From a virus (Duplodnaviria > Caudoviricetes), in the IMG/VR virus record IMGVR_UViG_3300044813_000005, positions 1-62,585 of that record: DNA of 62,585 nucleotides, one strand, 5' to 3'. The position numbers and the translations under genes were made by a program. This document shows positions 35,693 through 44,636 of the stretch, piece by piece (within the stretch, counting starts at the first letter, position 1; the number at the start of each line of letters is the position of its first letter). The notes beneath the pieces were generated by a model. The model worked only from the letters and a program-made list of their open reading frames with translations. It was not told the DNA's origin and ran no database searches.

Positions 35693-37530
35693 GAGGCTTC
35701 GCCTTCTTTCCATACGGGGGCTGTTTGAGCCTGTCCAACGTCTATGCGGCGGGGGGTTTGAGCGTGCCGCGCGGGAACGGCGCGTAGGGGTTGAGCCTTC
35801 GGCGCGGGGGGTGCGAGGCGATATGCGGAGCCGTTGCGGGTCCCATAGCGCTCCACGGAGCCAGCCATCTTCGCGAGGCGGAGGCCGAGCGTCGTCGGGT
35901 TGGGCGGCCGGAGGTCCGGGTCCAGCAGGTCGTGGATGCCCTTTGCCGTCAGCGGGCCGTGGATTGTGAGGATGTCGACGACGGCGCTCTCAAGGTCGAC
36001 GACCTTCGGCTTGCCGAGAGCGCGGAGTGCCCTGGCCCGGTCGCAGATCGCCCGCCAGTCGGCGTCGTCGATGTAGTCGAACCGGAACGCCACCTCCACG
36101 CCGGGGGTCATCATGATCGCCTCCCCGCGCTGCGCCGGCAGGGGGACGGTCGGCGTCTCCCCGAGGATCAGCTTGGCGTTGGCGGCGTTCCGCATGGCGA
36201 GGGCGAACCGGGTGTCGATGAGGTCCCGGACACCGCCGGGGAGGTCTTCGACGGACGGTCGCTGGGTGGAGAACAGCATGACCAGCTCGACGGCCCGACA
36301 GAGGCGGACGAGGCGTTCCATCGTCGCGTCGATCCGGGTGAGGGTCTTCTTGTCGGCGCCGGACCGGACGTCCTGGAACTCTTCCAGGATCAGCAGGACG
36401 CCGGGGTCTTTGACGGCCGGGTCGGTGGAGTTGCGGGTCCGGACGAGGTTCAGTACTTCGTCGAGCATGTCGGCCAGTTCGGCGGCGGCGTCTTCGGAGG
36501 TGCCGCGGACGAACGTGTCGCACAGGTCCCACAGGTCGCGGTAGTCCCGGGCCGACCCTTTGCCGTCGAGGCCGAAGATGCGGGTGCGGGGGTCGAGGAT
36601 GAACTGGGCGATGACGAGACGGGCGGCCCTGGTCTTGCCGCGCCCGGGCATGCCGGCGATGAGGATGTTGTGTTCGTCCGTCTCCACGTCGACGGGGGTG
36701 CCGCGCAGCATCTCCGCGCCGACGCGGAACGGCTGGTCCCATTCGGTGCGTTCGGCGGTGGCGAGGTGGGAGCGGACGGGCGGCAGGTTCGGGCGGGGCA
36801 GGCCGACGAACATGCGGACCATCGACGCGGGTGTGTTCGGCGGGTGGCTGATCTCCACGAGCGCGGGGTCGAGGCGGAACGCCCCGGCGAGTTTGGCCCG
36901 GTTGGCGATGAACGTGTCGCAGGGGACGGCGTGCCGTCCGTCGGCGATCAGCTCGAAGTCGATACGGGTCCCGGCAGCCGTGTGAACGGGCTGGCCGTGG
37001 CGGCGGGTCTTGGGCTTGCGGCCGTTCGCTGCGGTTTCTTTGACGATGCCGGCGAAGATGCAGGCGGGGATGAGGCTGCGTTCTTTCCAGAACGTCAGCT
37101 GGGGTGCGGGGCGGGTGAGGATCGCGGCGGGGACGCAGACGGCGAGCAGTAGGAACGCGATCAGCCGGGGCGGGACGACGAGGAGCGCCAGCAGCCCGAC
37201 AACCGTGGCGGCGGCGGTGCCGGCGAGGACCCGTCGGCCGGTGAGCCAGCGGGAGTCGGGCGGGTAGAAGGACCGTTCGGCGCGGGTCCGCTCGAGCCCG
37301 GCCCACAGCCCGGCACCCGCGAGGGCGACGTAGGCGAGGGCGACGATGGTGGTGGCGGGGATGACGGCGACGGCGATGAGGACCCCGGCCGCGCCGAAGC
37401 ACAGGCGCCGCCCCCGTTTGGAGACGGCGCCGGTGGCGGTGCGGGCGAGGATGAGTAGGTCTTTCTGGCGGGCTGCGGTGCTGTGGCCGACTGCCAGCCG
37501 GTACAGGGCGCTGCCGGTGGCGGAGGTCAC
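35689..37530 (-). CDS. FtsK/SpoIIIE-family DNA translocase (TraB-like)
   Basis: N-terminal TMs; GMPGRGKT; DGKG; LILEEFQ; STQRP; RFAL; C-terminal wHTH-like domain. Confidence 0.88.
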   Translation of the reverse strand: MTSATGSALYRLAVGHSTAARQKDLLILARTATGAVSKRGRRLCFGAAGVLIAVAVIPATTIVALAYVALAGAGLWAGLERTRAERSFYPPDSRWLTGRRVLAGTAAATVVGLLALLVVPPRLIAFLLLAVCVPAAILTRPAPQLTFWKERSLIPACIFAGIVKETAANGRKPKTRRHGQPVHTAAGTRIDFELIADGRHAVPCDTFIANRAKLAGAFRLDPALVEISHPPNTPASMVRMFVGLPRPNLPPVRSHLATAERTEWDQPFRVGAEMLRGTPVDVETDEHNILIAGMPGRGKTRAARLVIAQFILDPRTRIFGLDGKGSARDYRDLWDLCDTFVRGTSEDAAAELADMLDEVLNLVRTRNSTDPAVKDPGVLLILEEFQDVRSGADKKTLTRIDATMERLVRLCRAVELVMLFSTQRPSVEDLPGGVRDLIDTRFALAMRNAANAKLILGETPTVPLPAQRGEAIMMTPGVEVAFRFDYIDDADWRAICDRARALRALGKPKVVDLESAVVDILTIHGPLTAKGIHDLLDPDLRPPNPTTLGLRLAKMAGSVERYGTRNGSAYRLAPPAPKAQPLRAVPARHAQTPRRIDVGQAQTAPVWKEGEAS

Positions 37531-37534
37531 GGGC

Positions 37535-37771
37535 TTACTTGACGGTTGTGTTGGTGGCGGTCTGCGGGGTGGTCGGCGCGGTCTTGCTGGGTGCGGCGGG
37601 TGCGTCAGTGAGCCCGTGGTAGACGGCTGGGACGAACACCTGCCCTGCCAGCTTGAGCCCACCGCCGAGCGCGTGCCCCGCTCCGCCTAGCACCTGCCCT
37701 GCGACGGTGGCCCCGTTAATGAGGACCATGTACGTCGCGAACGCGGCGACGATGACTGCGATCTTCTTCAT
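37535..37771 (-). CDS. Small membrane/secreted protein (Spd/pilin-like position)
   Basis: MKK + hydrophobic helix; first gene of operon. Confidence 0.65.
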   Translation of the reverse strand: MKKIAVIVAAFATYMVLINGATVAGQVLGGAGHALGGGLKLAGQVFVPAVYHGLTDAPAAPSKTAPTTPQTATNTTVK

Positions 37772-37829
37772 GCGCCCGAACCTTCCCCTGTGTGCCCCGG
37801 CCGCCGTATGCGGGCGGTGACACAGCGAG

Positions 37830-37872
37830 ACTACCTCACCGGGTGAGAATGACTAGCACACGTTGAGGTAGT
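37830..37872. promoter_or_regulatory. Inverted-repeat operator between divergent genes
   Basis: ACTACCTCA-N25-TGAGGTAGT. Confidence 0.6.
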
Positions 37873-37904
37873 ATGCGGGGGTCGATCTTGTACCGTCAGC
37901 GAGC

Positions 37905-38156
37905 ATGACGCCGGAACAGGTGGCGAACATCAGTGATCCCGAGCGTCGCGCTGTCGCAGCGCAGGCTGCCATCAAAGCGGGCAACGACCGGCTCGACCGA
38001 CTTCGGAAGCTCCGCGACGACGCCATCGGCGACCTGCGGGTGGCCGGCTGGACTCAGACGCAGATCGTCGATCTGGTGGGCGTGTCGTCAGCCAGGGTCG
38101 CGGCGATCGACCGGGCGCAGGGGATCGTCACCGAGCGGACCCGCCGGAGGCAGTAG
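37905..38156 (+). CDS. Small HTH regulator
   Basis: GWTQTQIVDLVGVSSARV. Confidence 0.75.
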   Translation: MTPEQVANISDPERRAVAAQAAIKAGNDRLDRLRKLRDDAIGDLRVAGWTQTQIVDLVGVSSARVAAIDRAQGIVTERTRRRQ

Positions 38157-38603
38157 GTGGCGACCATGACGCTGGTCGAGTTCTTGCTGGCACGGATCGC
38201 CGAGGACGAAGCAGTAGCGCGGGCGGCCATTGGTACCGCCGCCTTCTCGCGCCAGACAGGACGCTGGTCATTCGAGAACGTCCACGACTCATTCGGCGCG
38301 ATACCTATCGTCTTCGCGGTGACAGATGCCGGAGCAAAGACGCAGGCGGCGAACATGGAGGCGGCGTGGGAGCGCGAGGAACGTGGTACCCACATCGCCC
38401 GGTGGGACCCGGCGCGCATCCTCGCCGAGTGCGAGGCGAAGCGGCGGATCGTGGAACTGCACCTGACGGCCATGACGACCCCGCCACCTCCCGATCCTTA
38501 CCAAGAAGGTCTCGTACAGGGTTGGAGAGACACGAGCGTGTTGCAGTTACTCGCGTTGCCGTACGCCGACCACCCGGATTACGACCCGGCGTGGCGCCCA
38601 TGA
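38157..38603 (+). CDS. DUF6221-like protein
   Basis: FLLARIAEDE, HIARWDPARILAECEAKRRI, LALPYADHPDY..AW. Confidence 0.8.
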   Translation: MATMTLVEFLLARIAEDEAVARAAIGTAAFSRQTGRWSFENVHDSFGAIPIVFAVTDAGAKTQAANMEAAWEREERGTHIARWDPARILAECEAKRRIVELHLTAMTTPPPPDPYQEGLVQGWRDTSVLQLLALPYADHPDYDPAWRP

Positions 38604-39079
38604 CACGCCGCCGCCGGCCGTGGAAGTCCGCCGCCACCGTGACCGTCCTGGCGTGGGGGATGCTCGCGTCGAAGACCAGCCCCGCGGCGGCGACGGTCGT
38701 GTTCGCCGCCGTGTCCGCGCTGGCCGTGGGCTGCCTGGTCATGGCGCGGGCACCGCGCCCGCCCCGGCAGGTCCGGCCGCGCAGCTATGGACGCCCGGTA
38801 GCCGCAGTCCCCGAGCGGACCGGGCTGTACCGCTGGTGGGGCACCCGCCTCGACGGCACCCCCGGCTTGCTGTACGTCGGCATCTCTGACCAGCCGGTCG
38901 CGCGCCTGTCGCAGCACCAGCAGGACGGCAAGCATTGGACGCTGCGGGTGACCGGCTCGACGGTGCAGTGGTATCCGAACCGGGAGATGGCACTAGCCGC
39001 GGAGGAACGGGCGATCAAGACGGAGCGGCCCGAAGCAAACATCATCCATGCGGGGCGGCGGCGGAGGCTGGCGGCATGA
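38600..39079 (+). CDS. GIY-YIG domain protein with N-terminal TM helices
   Basis: GLYRWW...LLYVGIS...RL.QH...EERAIK.E.P..N. Confidence 0.8.
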   Translation: MTRRRRPWKSAATVTVLAWGMLASKTSPAAATVVFAAVSALAVGCLVMARAPRPPRQVRPRSYGRPVAAVPERTGLYRWWGTRLDGTPGLLYVGISDQPVARLSQHQQDGKHWTLRVTGSTVQWYPNREMALAAEERAIKTERPEANIIHAGRRRRLAA

Positions 39080-39081
39080 CA

Positions 39082-39117
39082 AAAGCCGCCGCCTCACCCG
39101 AAGGTGAGGCGGCGGCT
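39082..39117. terminator. Hairpin between convergent operons
   Basis: AGCCGCCGCCTCACC-CGAA-GGTGAGGCGGCGGCT. Confidence 0.8.
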
Positions 39118-39176
39118 CAAGGTGGTACTTGTATCTCCCCCTCATAAGGGATACGAGGGGAGAGTACCCCAGCCGG

Positions 39177-39473
39177 TCAGGCCAAGTCGCGCACATTCCC
39201 GCCGGGCGGGTCGTCCTTCGCCGGCAGCAGCGACGCAGAGTTCGGCGCGCCGGTGAACCGGGCCAGCCCGCCCTTCACGATGGACAGCAGCGTCGGCGCG
39301 CAGGCGATCAGCGCTTTGTTCCACACGGACACGTCGGTCAGGTAGTTGGTGCCGATCCCGGAGGCGACCATCAGCCCGAGGAACGACTCGACGTAGGTGG
39401 CTCCGGCCCGCTCGACGAGGTCGAGCAGGTAGTTCCCGCCACCGGCGATGCGGCGCGACCCGGTCGCCATCAT
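39177..39473 (-). CDS. Holin (r1t-like)
   Basis: DLVERAGATY, two TM segments, SASL; after endolysin. Confidence 0.8.
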   Translation of the reverse strand: MMATGSRRIAGGGNYLLDLVERAGATYVESFLGLMVASGIGTNYLTDVSVWNKALIACAPTLLSIVKGGLARFTGAPNSASLLPAKDDPPGGNVRDLA

Positions 39474-40897
39474 GCGGCCGGGGTGGGTGGGTTCTGGATG
39501 TCGGACAGGTTCGCCTGCCCGTCCTTCGCCGTCCCCGGCCCGTTGTCGCCGTAGCGCAGCGGCCGGTACAGGTGGTGGTACAGCCACGACTTGGCGTCCC
39601 CCACGTAGGCGGCGCCGTGGAGCTGCCTCACCTTGGCGAGGAGTTCGGCCTGTTCGGCGTCGGACAGTGCCATGAGCGGTCCCTTCGGAGCGGGGGCGGG
39701 TGTCGGGGTGACCGGTCCGGCGGGCCGCCAGTTCCGGTTGATGGACGGCGGGTTCGCCAGCATCGTCTTCACGAACGGGTCGAAGTCGGTCTGCATGTTG
39801 AACCCGGCCGTGTCTGTCTTCCGCCCGGCGGGGGTGGCGAAGTCGGCGTGCCGCACATCCCAGTCGGTGTTCAGGCCGAGGTAGTTGAGGGTGCTGGCGA
39901 CGAGCCGCCGGTACGCGTCGAGCTGCGCGGCGGGCCAGGGAGCGCCAGTGCCGGGGTTCTCCGCTTCGACGCCGAGAAAGTGGCCGTTGCCGTCGGCGAC
40001 GCCGTTGTAGTAGCCGACGCCAGCGTGCCAGGCGATCCCTTCGGTGACGAGGTAGATGGTGCCGCTGCGGCCGAGCCCGTAGTTGCACAGCGGCCCGGGA
40101 AGGTCGGAGCGGCCGCGGGTGACGATGCCCAGGCTCGGGTAGTCGCCGGGCGCGGACGCGGATGTGGCGGTGTGGTGCAGCATGATCCCTTGGACGGTGC
40201 CCATCGCTCCGTGGCCGGTTGTCCAGGCGGCGCGGACGGGGTAGCCGGTGCGGGCGGCGATGGTGGTCATGTCGGTGCGGGTCAGTCCGCTCATAACGCC
40301 TCCGGTGTCAGGTGCCCAACCGCCCCAGTCGGCTTGCAGGACGGCGTCCTCGTCGGTGTCGGCGGGGCTGCTCCCGGCGATGGGTGGGCCGGGGTGGGTG
40401 TTGCGCTGGTACAGGCAGGCGACGGCGGACACCTTCCCGGCGGACCAGGCGACGGTCTGCCAGCCGTAGGCGGCGAGTCCGGCGCGGACTGTGCCGTCGA
40501 CGACCTGGTAGGAGCCGTACACGCCGGCCGGCCTGCCGAGGAGGACGCTGGCGACACCTTGGAAGTAGGCGGCCACCTTGTCGGCGGTGGTGTCGGTGTC
40601 GACGGCGAAGTACAGGCAGACGGTCGGCGGGATGCCGAGGGCGGTGGCGACGGTGAGCGCGGTCCGGCCGTCTTCCTGCCCTGCCGCGTAGCCTTCGAGC
40701 GCGCGGGTGGTGCGGGTGGGCCCGTCGCCTTCGTAGACGAACCCGACGGCCAGCCCGGCGGCGTGCAGCGCGGCGATCTCCGTGGTAGCGACGGCCTTGC
40801 CGGCGCCGGTGAGGTAGCGCATCACCCCGGCGTACCCGGCGGCCTTGATGGCGGCCGGTGACGGCCGGGCGTAGGAGTAGTCGACGAGCAGCGTCAC
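39470..40897 (-). CDS. Endolysin (DUF1906 glycoside hydrolase + amidase_2)
   Basis: GVMRYL, YFAVD, GVYG, WQT.AWS; HHTA, PGPLCN, AWHAG, GVEAEN, RKTD. Confidence 0.9.
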   Translation of the reverse strand: MTLLVDYSYARPSPAAIKAAGYAGVMRYLTGAGKAVATTEIAALHAAGLAVGFVYEGDGPTRTTRALEGYAAGQEDGRTALTVATALGIPPTVCLYFAVDTDTTADKVAAYFQGVASVLLGRPAGVYGSYQVVDGTVRAGLAAYGWQTVAWSAGKVSAVACLYQRNTHPGPPIAGSSPADTDEDAVLQADWGGWAPDTGGVMSGLTRTDMTTIAARTGYPVRAAWTTGHGAMGTVQGIMLHHTATSASAPGDYPSLGIVTRGRSDLPGPLCNYGLGRSGTIYLVTEGIAWHAGVGYYNGVADGNGHFLGVEAENPGTGAPWPAAQLDAYRRLVASTLNYLGLNTDWDVRHADFATPAGRKTDTAGFNMQTDFDPFVKTMLANPPSINRNWRPAGPVTPTPAPAPKGPLMALSDAEQAELLAKVRQLHGAAYVGDAKSWLYHHLYRPLRYGDNGPGTAKDGQANLSDIQNPPTPAA

Positions 40898-41051
40898 TCG
40901 GGGTCGGTCTGCGTTCCGTCGTGGACGGGTTCGGTGCGGGCTTCCACCTCGCCGGGTTCGAGGAGGTGGTCCCGGCCGAAGTCGCCAGCAGACCAGCCCA
41001 TGAGCGGGCCGTGGGGATGGTCGTGGCGCGGCGTCGTTCGGGACTGGTCGG

Positions 41052-41188
41052 TCACGTCTTCTCCTTCTGCAAGATGCCGTTTATCCAGACGCGGGTGACG
41101 GGTTCGCCGCGTAGCCGCCGGTGCAGGTCGGCGACGTAGGACAGCAGCACTTCGATCAGGCCGCGATACAGGAGCGCCTGCATCTCAT
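41052..41188 (-). CDS. Small hypothetical protein
   Basis: MHEMQALLYRG..., coupled to a further short ORF 40894-41055. Confidence 0.4.
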
Positions 41189-41226
41189 GGACACACTGGT
41201 CGGTGTCGCCGGGTGAGCGTTGGCAG

Positions 41227-42330
41227 TCAGGCATGCCAGACGCTGGCGGTCGGCCCGTCGAGGCGCGCGTCGAACGGGTTAGCCGGGTCCTTGGTGCCCA
41301 TCGCGTCCCACCAGATGCACAGCTTGCCGCCCCGTTCAGCGACCCGGCGGGCGTACTGCGCGGCCCATGCTGCCCGCGCGTCAGGTGAGCCGACGATGGG
41401 GCTACCCGCCTCAGTGATGCCCCACGGCCGGCCGACGGACGCGGCCCAGTCGGCGGCACGGTCGACGAGCTTCACCGGGTCGTTGTATCCGGGCGGGGTC
41501 GCGTTCTGGGACGAGTTGTACGCGTCGAAGCAGACAATGTCGTGGGCGTCGGGGACGAAGTAGTCGGACGGCTTCCGCGTCTTCGCGCTGAGCGTGTACC
41601 CCATGAGGATCATCGCCGGGGTGACGCCGACCTCCCGGAACGCGGGCGCCCACTCGGCCTGCTTGTCCCGGTACGCCTGGAGGGTGATCTGCCCTTTCTC
41701 CACGTTGTCTTCGGGCTCGTGTAGCCACGTGCCGTACACGTCAAGGCCGGGCGGTCGTGAGTCGAAGAACCCTTGCATCTGCGCGACGGTCCCGGAGCGG
41801 AACGACACGACGACTGCGCAGCCGGCCGGGCAGGCTTTGAGCACCGGGTGGGAGTTCCACGACGCGGGAGGCAGGTCGCAGAACACGCGGACCGCTTGGA
41901 CGTTGAGGCCGAGCTTGGCGAGGCGGGGGAAGTCGGCGGCGTTGTGCATCGACGCGCCGTACCGGGTGGTCACCGGCGGCGGGGGGGGCGGGTTGACGGT
42001 CAGCGGGGCGGTGGCCTGCGCTTTGGCGCCCGACTGGGTGGTGAGGCTGGCGATGACAGTGCACGTCCGGTCGGCGGTGGCGGTCCACGACTGGCCGTTG
42101 GCGCTCGCCGTCCACGTCCTGCCGGAGTCGTCACCGACGCCGATACTGGCAAGCGGGTCAGGGCGGCTGAGCGCCACAGTCGACAGCCCGGAGCCGACCC
42201 CTTCGAGGCTGACGGTGACCGTCGCCACCCCGGCGCTGACATCGGGCGTGTCATAGGCGACCGTCACCGTGACAGTGGCGCCCTGGTCGTAGGTGGGCCG
42301 GTCGAGGGTGAGGCTGATGGTGGGGGGCAT
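41227..42330 (-). CDS. Ig-like + GH26-like glycoside hydrolase
   Basis: HEPE, FDAYN, WGITEAG; Pro linker; GAAAGGA RBS. Confidence 0.7.
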   Translation of the reverse strand: MPPTISLTLDRPTYDQGATVTVTVAYDTPDVSAGVATVTVSLEGVGSGLSTVALSRPDPLASIGVGDDSGRTWTASANGQSWTATADRTCTVIASLTTQSGAKAQATAPLTVNPPPPPPVTTRYGASMHNAADFPRLAKLGLNVQAVRVFCDLPPASWNSHPVLKACPAGCAVVVSFRSGTVAQMQGFFDSRPPGLDVYGTWLHEPEDNVEKGQITLQAYRDKQAEWAPAFREVGVTPAMILMGYTLSAKTRKPSDYFVPDAHDIVCFDAYNSSQNATPPGYNDPVKLVDRAADWAASVGRPWGITEAGSPIVGSPDARAAWAAQYARRVAERGGKLCIWWDAMGTKDPANPFDARLDGPTASVWHA

Positions 42331-42377
42331 GCTGGTCCTTTCGGGCAGGTCGGGCATGTCACGCGCCCACGGCGGGA

Positions 42378-42899
42378 TCACCGGCTCCACCCCTTCTCGA
42401 TGATGAGTACTTCCCACGCGGCCGGCGTCACGGTCCGCCATTCGGGCGGTGGCGCAGGCGCGTCGAGCTCGGCCTGCCGGTAAGCCCAGGCGGCGAGCGA
42501 CGAGCAGACAACATGGCCGGGGATGACCGGGCCGGACTTGAGCAGGTCGGGCATGCCGATCGCCATCGCGGCGTCGGCGGCTATCGCCGACCAGTCGTAT
42601 TGCGCCCCGAGCATCGCGCGGACGGCTGCGACGATGGTGGCCCGCTGTCCTTCCGCTTTGGGCTGGCCGGCGTTGTTGACGGTCCACGGGTCGGCCAAGT
42701 ACCGGCGTAGGTCGACCCAGCCGACCCCGCCTGGTTTGCCTTCTAGACCCCACGGCACGCCATCGGTGTCGTGGGTGTACACGGCGACGTGGTTATGGAG
42801 CCCAGGCAGGTCACGGATGCAGGCGCCGAGCCGGATCACGCGCCCGGCCACGCCGGTCTTCGAGCGGGTCAGGAGCAGGTCGCCGGGGGCGAGAGTCAT
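42378..42899 (-). CDS. Permuted papain-like NlpC/P60 amidase (YiiX-like)
   Basis: PGDLLL, HVAVY, YDW, VCSSL. Confidence 0.75.
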   Translation of the reverse strand: MTLAPGDLLLTRSKTGVAGRVIRLGACIRDLPGLHNHVAVYTHDTDGVPWGLEGKPGGVGWVDLRRYLADPWTVNNAGQPKAEGQRATIVAAVRAMLGAQYDWSAIAADAAMAIGMPDLLKSGPVIPGHVVCSSLAAWAYRQAELDAPAPPPEWRTVTPAAWEVLIIEKGWSR

Positions 42900-43261
42900 C
42901 CGCCGGGCCTCGGGCCTTTGCCGTCCCAGTAGACAGCCCACGCGCCCGCGACAAGCGCGTCGGAGACGTTCGTCCCGTCGGGGAGGGTGACCTCGGCCAT
43001 CCACTCGTCGCCGTACTTGTACGGGCCGACTGTCTCGATCATCAGCGGTTTGCCGAGCAGGAACGTGGCCGCGGCGATGGTGGCCGCCTTGCCCTGGTCG
43101 GTGCTCGCCGGTGGGGTGTTGATGCGGTTGAGCCGTAGCCGCTGCTCGAAGGTGGCGGTGCCGTGGAAGCCGAGGTCGCGGGACACGCGGGCGATGAGGC
43201 TGTCACCGTCGATGATGCGGACGGCGGTCGAGTCGGGCCAGGTCCAGACCGTGGCGGTCAC
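42896..43261 (-). CDS. Thermonuclease (SNase) family protein
   Basis: RIIDGDSL, RLRL..INTP, KYG..W.AEV, L...G.A. Confidence 0.8.
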   Translation of the reverse strand: MTATVWTWPDSTAVRIIDGDSLIARVSRDLGFHGTATFEQRLRLNRINTPPASTDQGKAATIAAATFLLGKPLMIETVGPYKYGDEWMAEVTLPDGTNVSDALVAGAWAVYWDGKGPRPGG

Positions 43262-43776
43262 TTGTCGTCCCCTCTGGCCCGCCGTAGCGCGGCGATCCGT
43301 ATCTGACTGACCCGGCCTTCGGTGACGCCCCACCGCTGCGCCATCTCGACGCCGGTCAACCCCCACCCGTAGGTCAGAGCCAGTGCCTCCCGGCAGCGCC
43401 GGTCGCAGCCCCGCAGCAGCCGCCGGATCGCGTCGGCGTCCTCAACCTGCTGGTAGCCGGGGTCTTCGTAGGCGGCGTGCCGGTCCTCCCACTCGTCGCC
43501 GTCGCGGTCCTGCTCGTCGTCGAGGGACACCATCGCCAGCCGGTAGGTGCGGCCGTACAGGGATCGCAACGAGTCGACGACCTGCCCGTGGACGCGGCGG
43601 CGGAGGAACGTGGACAGCGACCCCCGAGCCGGGTCGTAGTCCGGCAGGACCGCGAGCCCGGCGATCACGGCGTCTTGTTGAAGGTCGTCGGCCCACATGC
43701 CTCGCCCGTAGGTGCGGCGGACAGCGTGGCGGGCGAGCTGTTCGAGCAGGCGCAGGGTGGCAGGGTCAACCTCCAC
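43258..43776 (-). CDS. RNA polymerase sigma-70 family factor (group 3, FliA/WhiG-like)
   Basis: DDLQQDA, YDPARG.LSTF, VDSLR, SLD, EMA..WGVTEGRVSQIR..AL.R. Confidence 0.88.
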   Translation of the reverse strand: MEVDPATLRLLEQLARHAVRRTYGRGMWADDLQQDAVIAGLAVLPDYDPARGSLSTFLRRRVHGQVVDSLRSLYGRTYRLAMVSLDDEQDRDGDEWEDRHAAYEDPGYQQVEDADAIRRLLRGCDRRCREALALTYGWGLTGVEMAQRWGVTEGRVSQIRIAALRRARGDDK

Positions 43777-43785
43777 GCGGCCCGG

Positions 43786-44472
43786 TTAGGGCACCAAGAC
43801 CGTGACGTCGCCTTGGTCGTCGAGCGCGGTGCCAAGGTCGTCCCAGGACATGTAGAACCGGCCGGCGGCAGCCCAGTCAGGTCCCCACGAGTTGGTGAAG
43901 CCCACAAGGCGCCGTTCGACATCCACCTCGTCGGCCTCGATTTCGTGCCCGCCGCGGACGCTGCCCGTGTAGTGGATCAGCCCATCGGCGTCGGGGTTGT
44001 CGCAGGCGGTGAGCCAGCTCATGCCGATCATCACGGCGGTGGTTTGCAACGCAGTCAGTGCCGCTTCAAGGCTGAACGCGTGGTCGTAGCGGGCGATCTT
44101 TCCCTCGGACAGGAACACCTTCGCCATGCTCAGCCCGTCGGAGCCGGTGTCGTCGGGGGGCCATTGGCCGGGCCACGGGTCGACGGCGGTGACCTTCCGG
44201 TAGTACCGGATGGCGCTCGCCTCGTGGTAGCGGTGGGTGAATGGTTCGGTGGACAGGACTCCGCAGCCGGTGTTGGGGACGCAGCTTCCCAACCGTGCCT
44301 GGTTGTAGGGGGCGACCCGCCGGGGGTGCCGGACGGAGGTGAGGGTGCCGAGCGGCGCCGCTTCGACGGCGAACCCGCGGGACCGTTCGTCGTGCCGGAT
44401 GTGGCGACCGAGCCGCTGCCCGGCGATCGGGTCTTCTTCGAGCAGGACGGTACGCACCTGCGGTTCGGTCAT
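43786..44472 (-). CDS. Papain-like (C1) cysteine peptidase
   Basis: NQ..LGSC, GGHEI, NSWG.DW..GRF. Confidence 0.85.
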   Translation of the reverse strand: MTEPQVRTVLLEEDPIAGQRLGRHIRHDERSRGFAVEAAPLGTLTSVRHPRRVAPYNQARLGSCVPNTGCGVLSTEPFTHRYHEASAIRYYRKVTAVDPWPGQWPPDDTGSDGLSMAKVFLSEGKIARYDHAFSLEAALTALQTTAVMIGMSWLTACDNPDADGLIHYTGSVRGGHEIEADEVDVERRLVGFTNSWGPDWAAAGRFYMSWDDLGTALDDQGDVTVLVP

Positions 44473-44636
44473 TCGGGCTCTCCCATCTCTTTCTGCCACA
44501 GCCGGGCGAACACGGCGAGCGCGTCGGCGCGGCTCTCCGACCACAGATGGATCTGCACTTTGCCGTCGTCGGAGCGCCAGTAGATCTCCCAGCCGTAGGG
44601 GATCTTCACGGGTTCCACGTCGGGCGGGTCGGTCAC
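44469..44636 (-). CDS. Small hypothetical protein
   Basis: GTGA/ATGA couplings. Confidence 0.5.
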   Translation of the reverse strand: MTDPPDVEPVKIPYGWEIYWRSDDGKVQIHLWSESRADALAVFARLWQKEMGEPE

